Source: Bacteroidales bacterium (GTDB taxonomy: Bacteria > Bacteroidota > Bacteroidia > Bacteroidales > UBA12077). Taken from it: a stretch of 57,905 nucleotides of DNA. A model generated the notes under the pieces. That model was not told the origin of the DNA. It did no database searches and worked only from the letters and a program-made list of their open reading frames with translations. The DNA is taken from contig JANQHR010000151.1 in assembly GCA_028282585.1 (NCBI GenBank), positions 1 through 57,905 of the forward strand. Direction: 5' to 3'. This document shows, piece after piece, positions 57,881-57,905 of the stretch; positions within the stretch are counted from its first letter, which is position 1, and each line of letters starts with the position of its first letter. Both the position numbers and the translations under genes were made by a program.

Positions 57881-57905
57881 ATAAAAATCTTTTGGATTTA
57901 TACTT

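Noticed and set aside
1-57905. CRISPR array, DGR/retron, prophage, IS elements
   Set aside because: No spaced repeats, reverse transcriptase, integrase or transposase seen; the Avd-like gene has no RT or template repeat nearby. Remaining short ORFs are antisense or out-of-frame overlaps of confident genes.

Overview
AT-rich chromosomal window from a Bacteroidota bacterium, most likely an anaerobic marine or sediment Bacteroidales (inferred from TAnnTTTG promoters, the sdhCAB/mutAB/lpxH context and the lipoprotein/TonB gene content). It is mostly housekeeping DNA: pyrH-frr, dxs, tRNA-Leu(CAA), dCMP deaminase, S41 protease, sdh/frdCAB, two aminopeptidase P genes, dusB, mutAB, lpxH, ribF and ahcY. 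Envelope-sensing modules are interspersed: a TonB receptor-binding protein-YfiR-CHASE8 hybrid kinase-hydrolase operon, MntR plus TonB receptor, ECF/FecR/TonB receptor/DUF4249, and an output-less dCache-HAMP-GAF-PAS sensor. I saw no CRISPR array, rRNA, integrase or transposase. The strongest unexplained signals are non-coding or very small: (i) a multi-stem, pseudoknotted, apparently switchable leader of about 180 nt before dusB; (ii) a candidate 3'-UTR sRNA complementary to the frr start region; (iii) a four-helix-bundle gene between heptamer-periodic inverted arms inside mutAB, with a gene-less copy of the arms between sdhA and sdhB; (iv) a REP-flanked DUF559 nuclease; (v) a large phage-fibre-like secreted protein missed by the ORF track at the left edge. 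All calls come from reading motifs by eye; no searches or folding programs were run.
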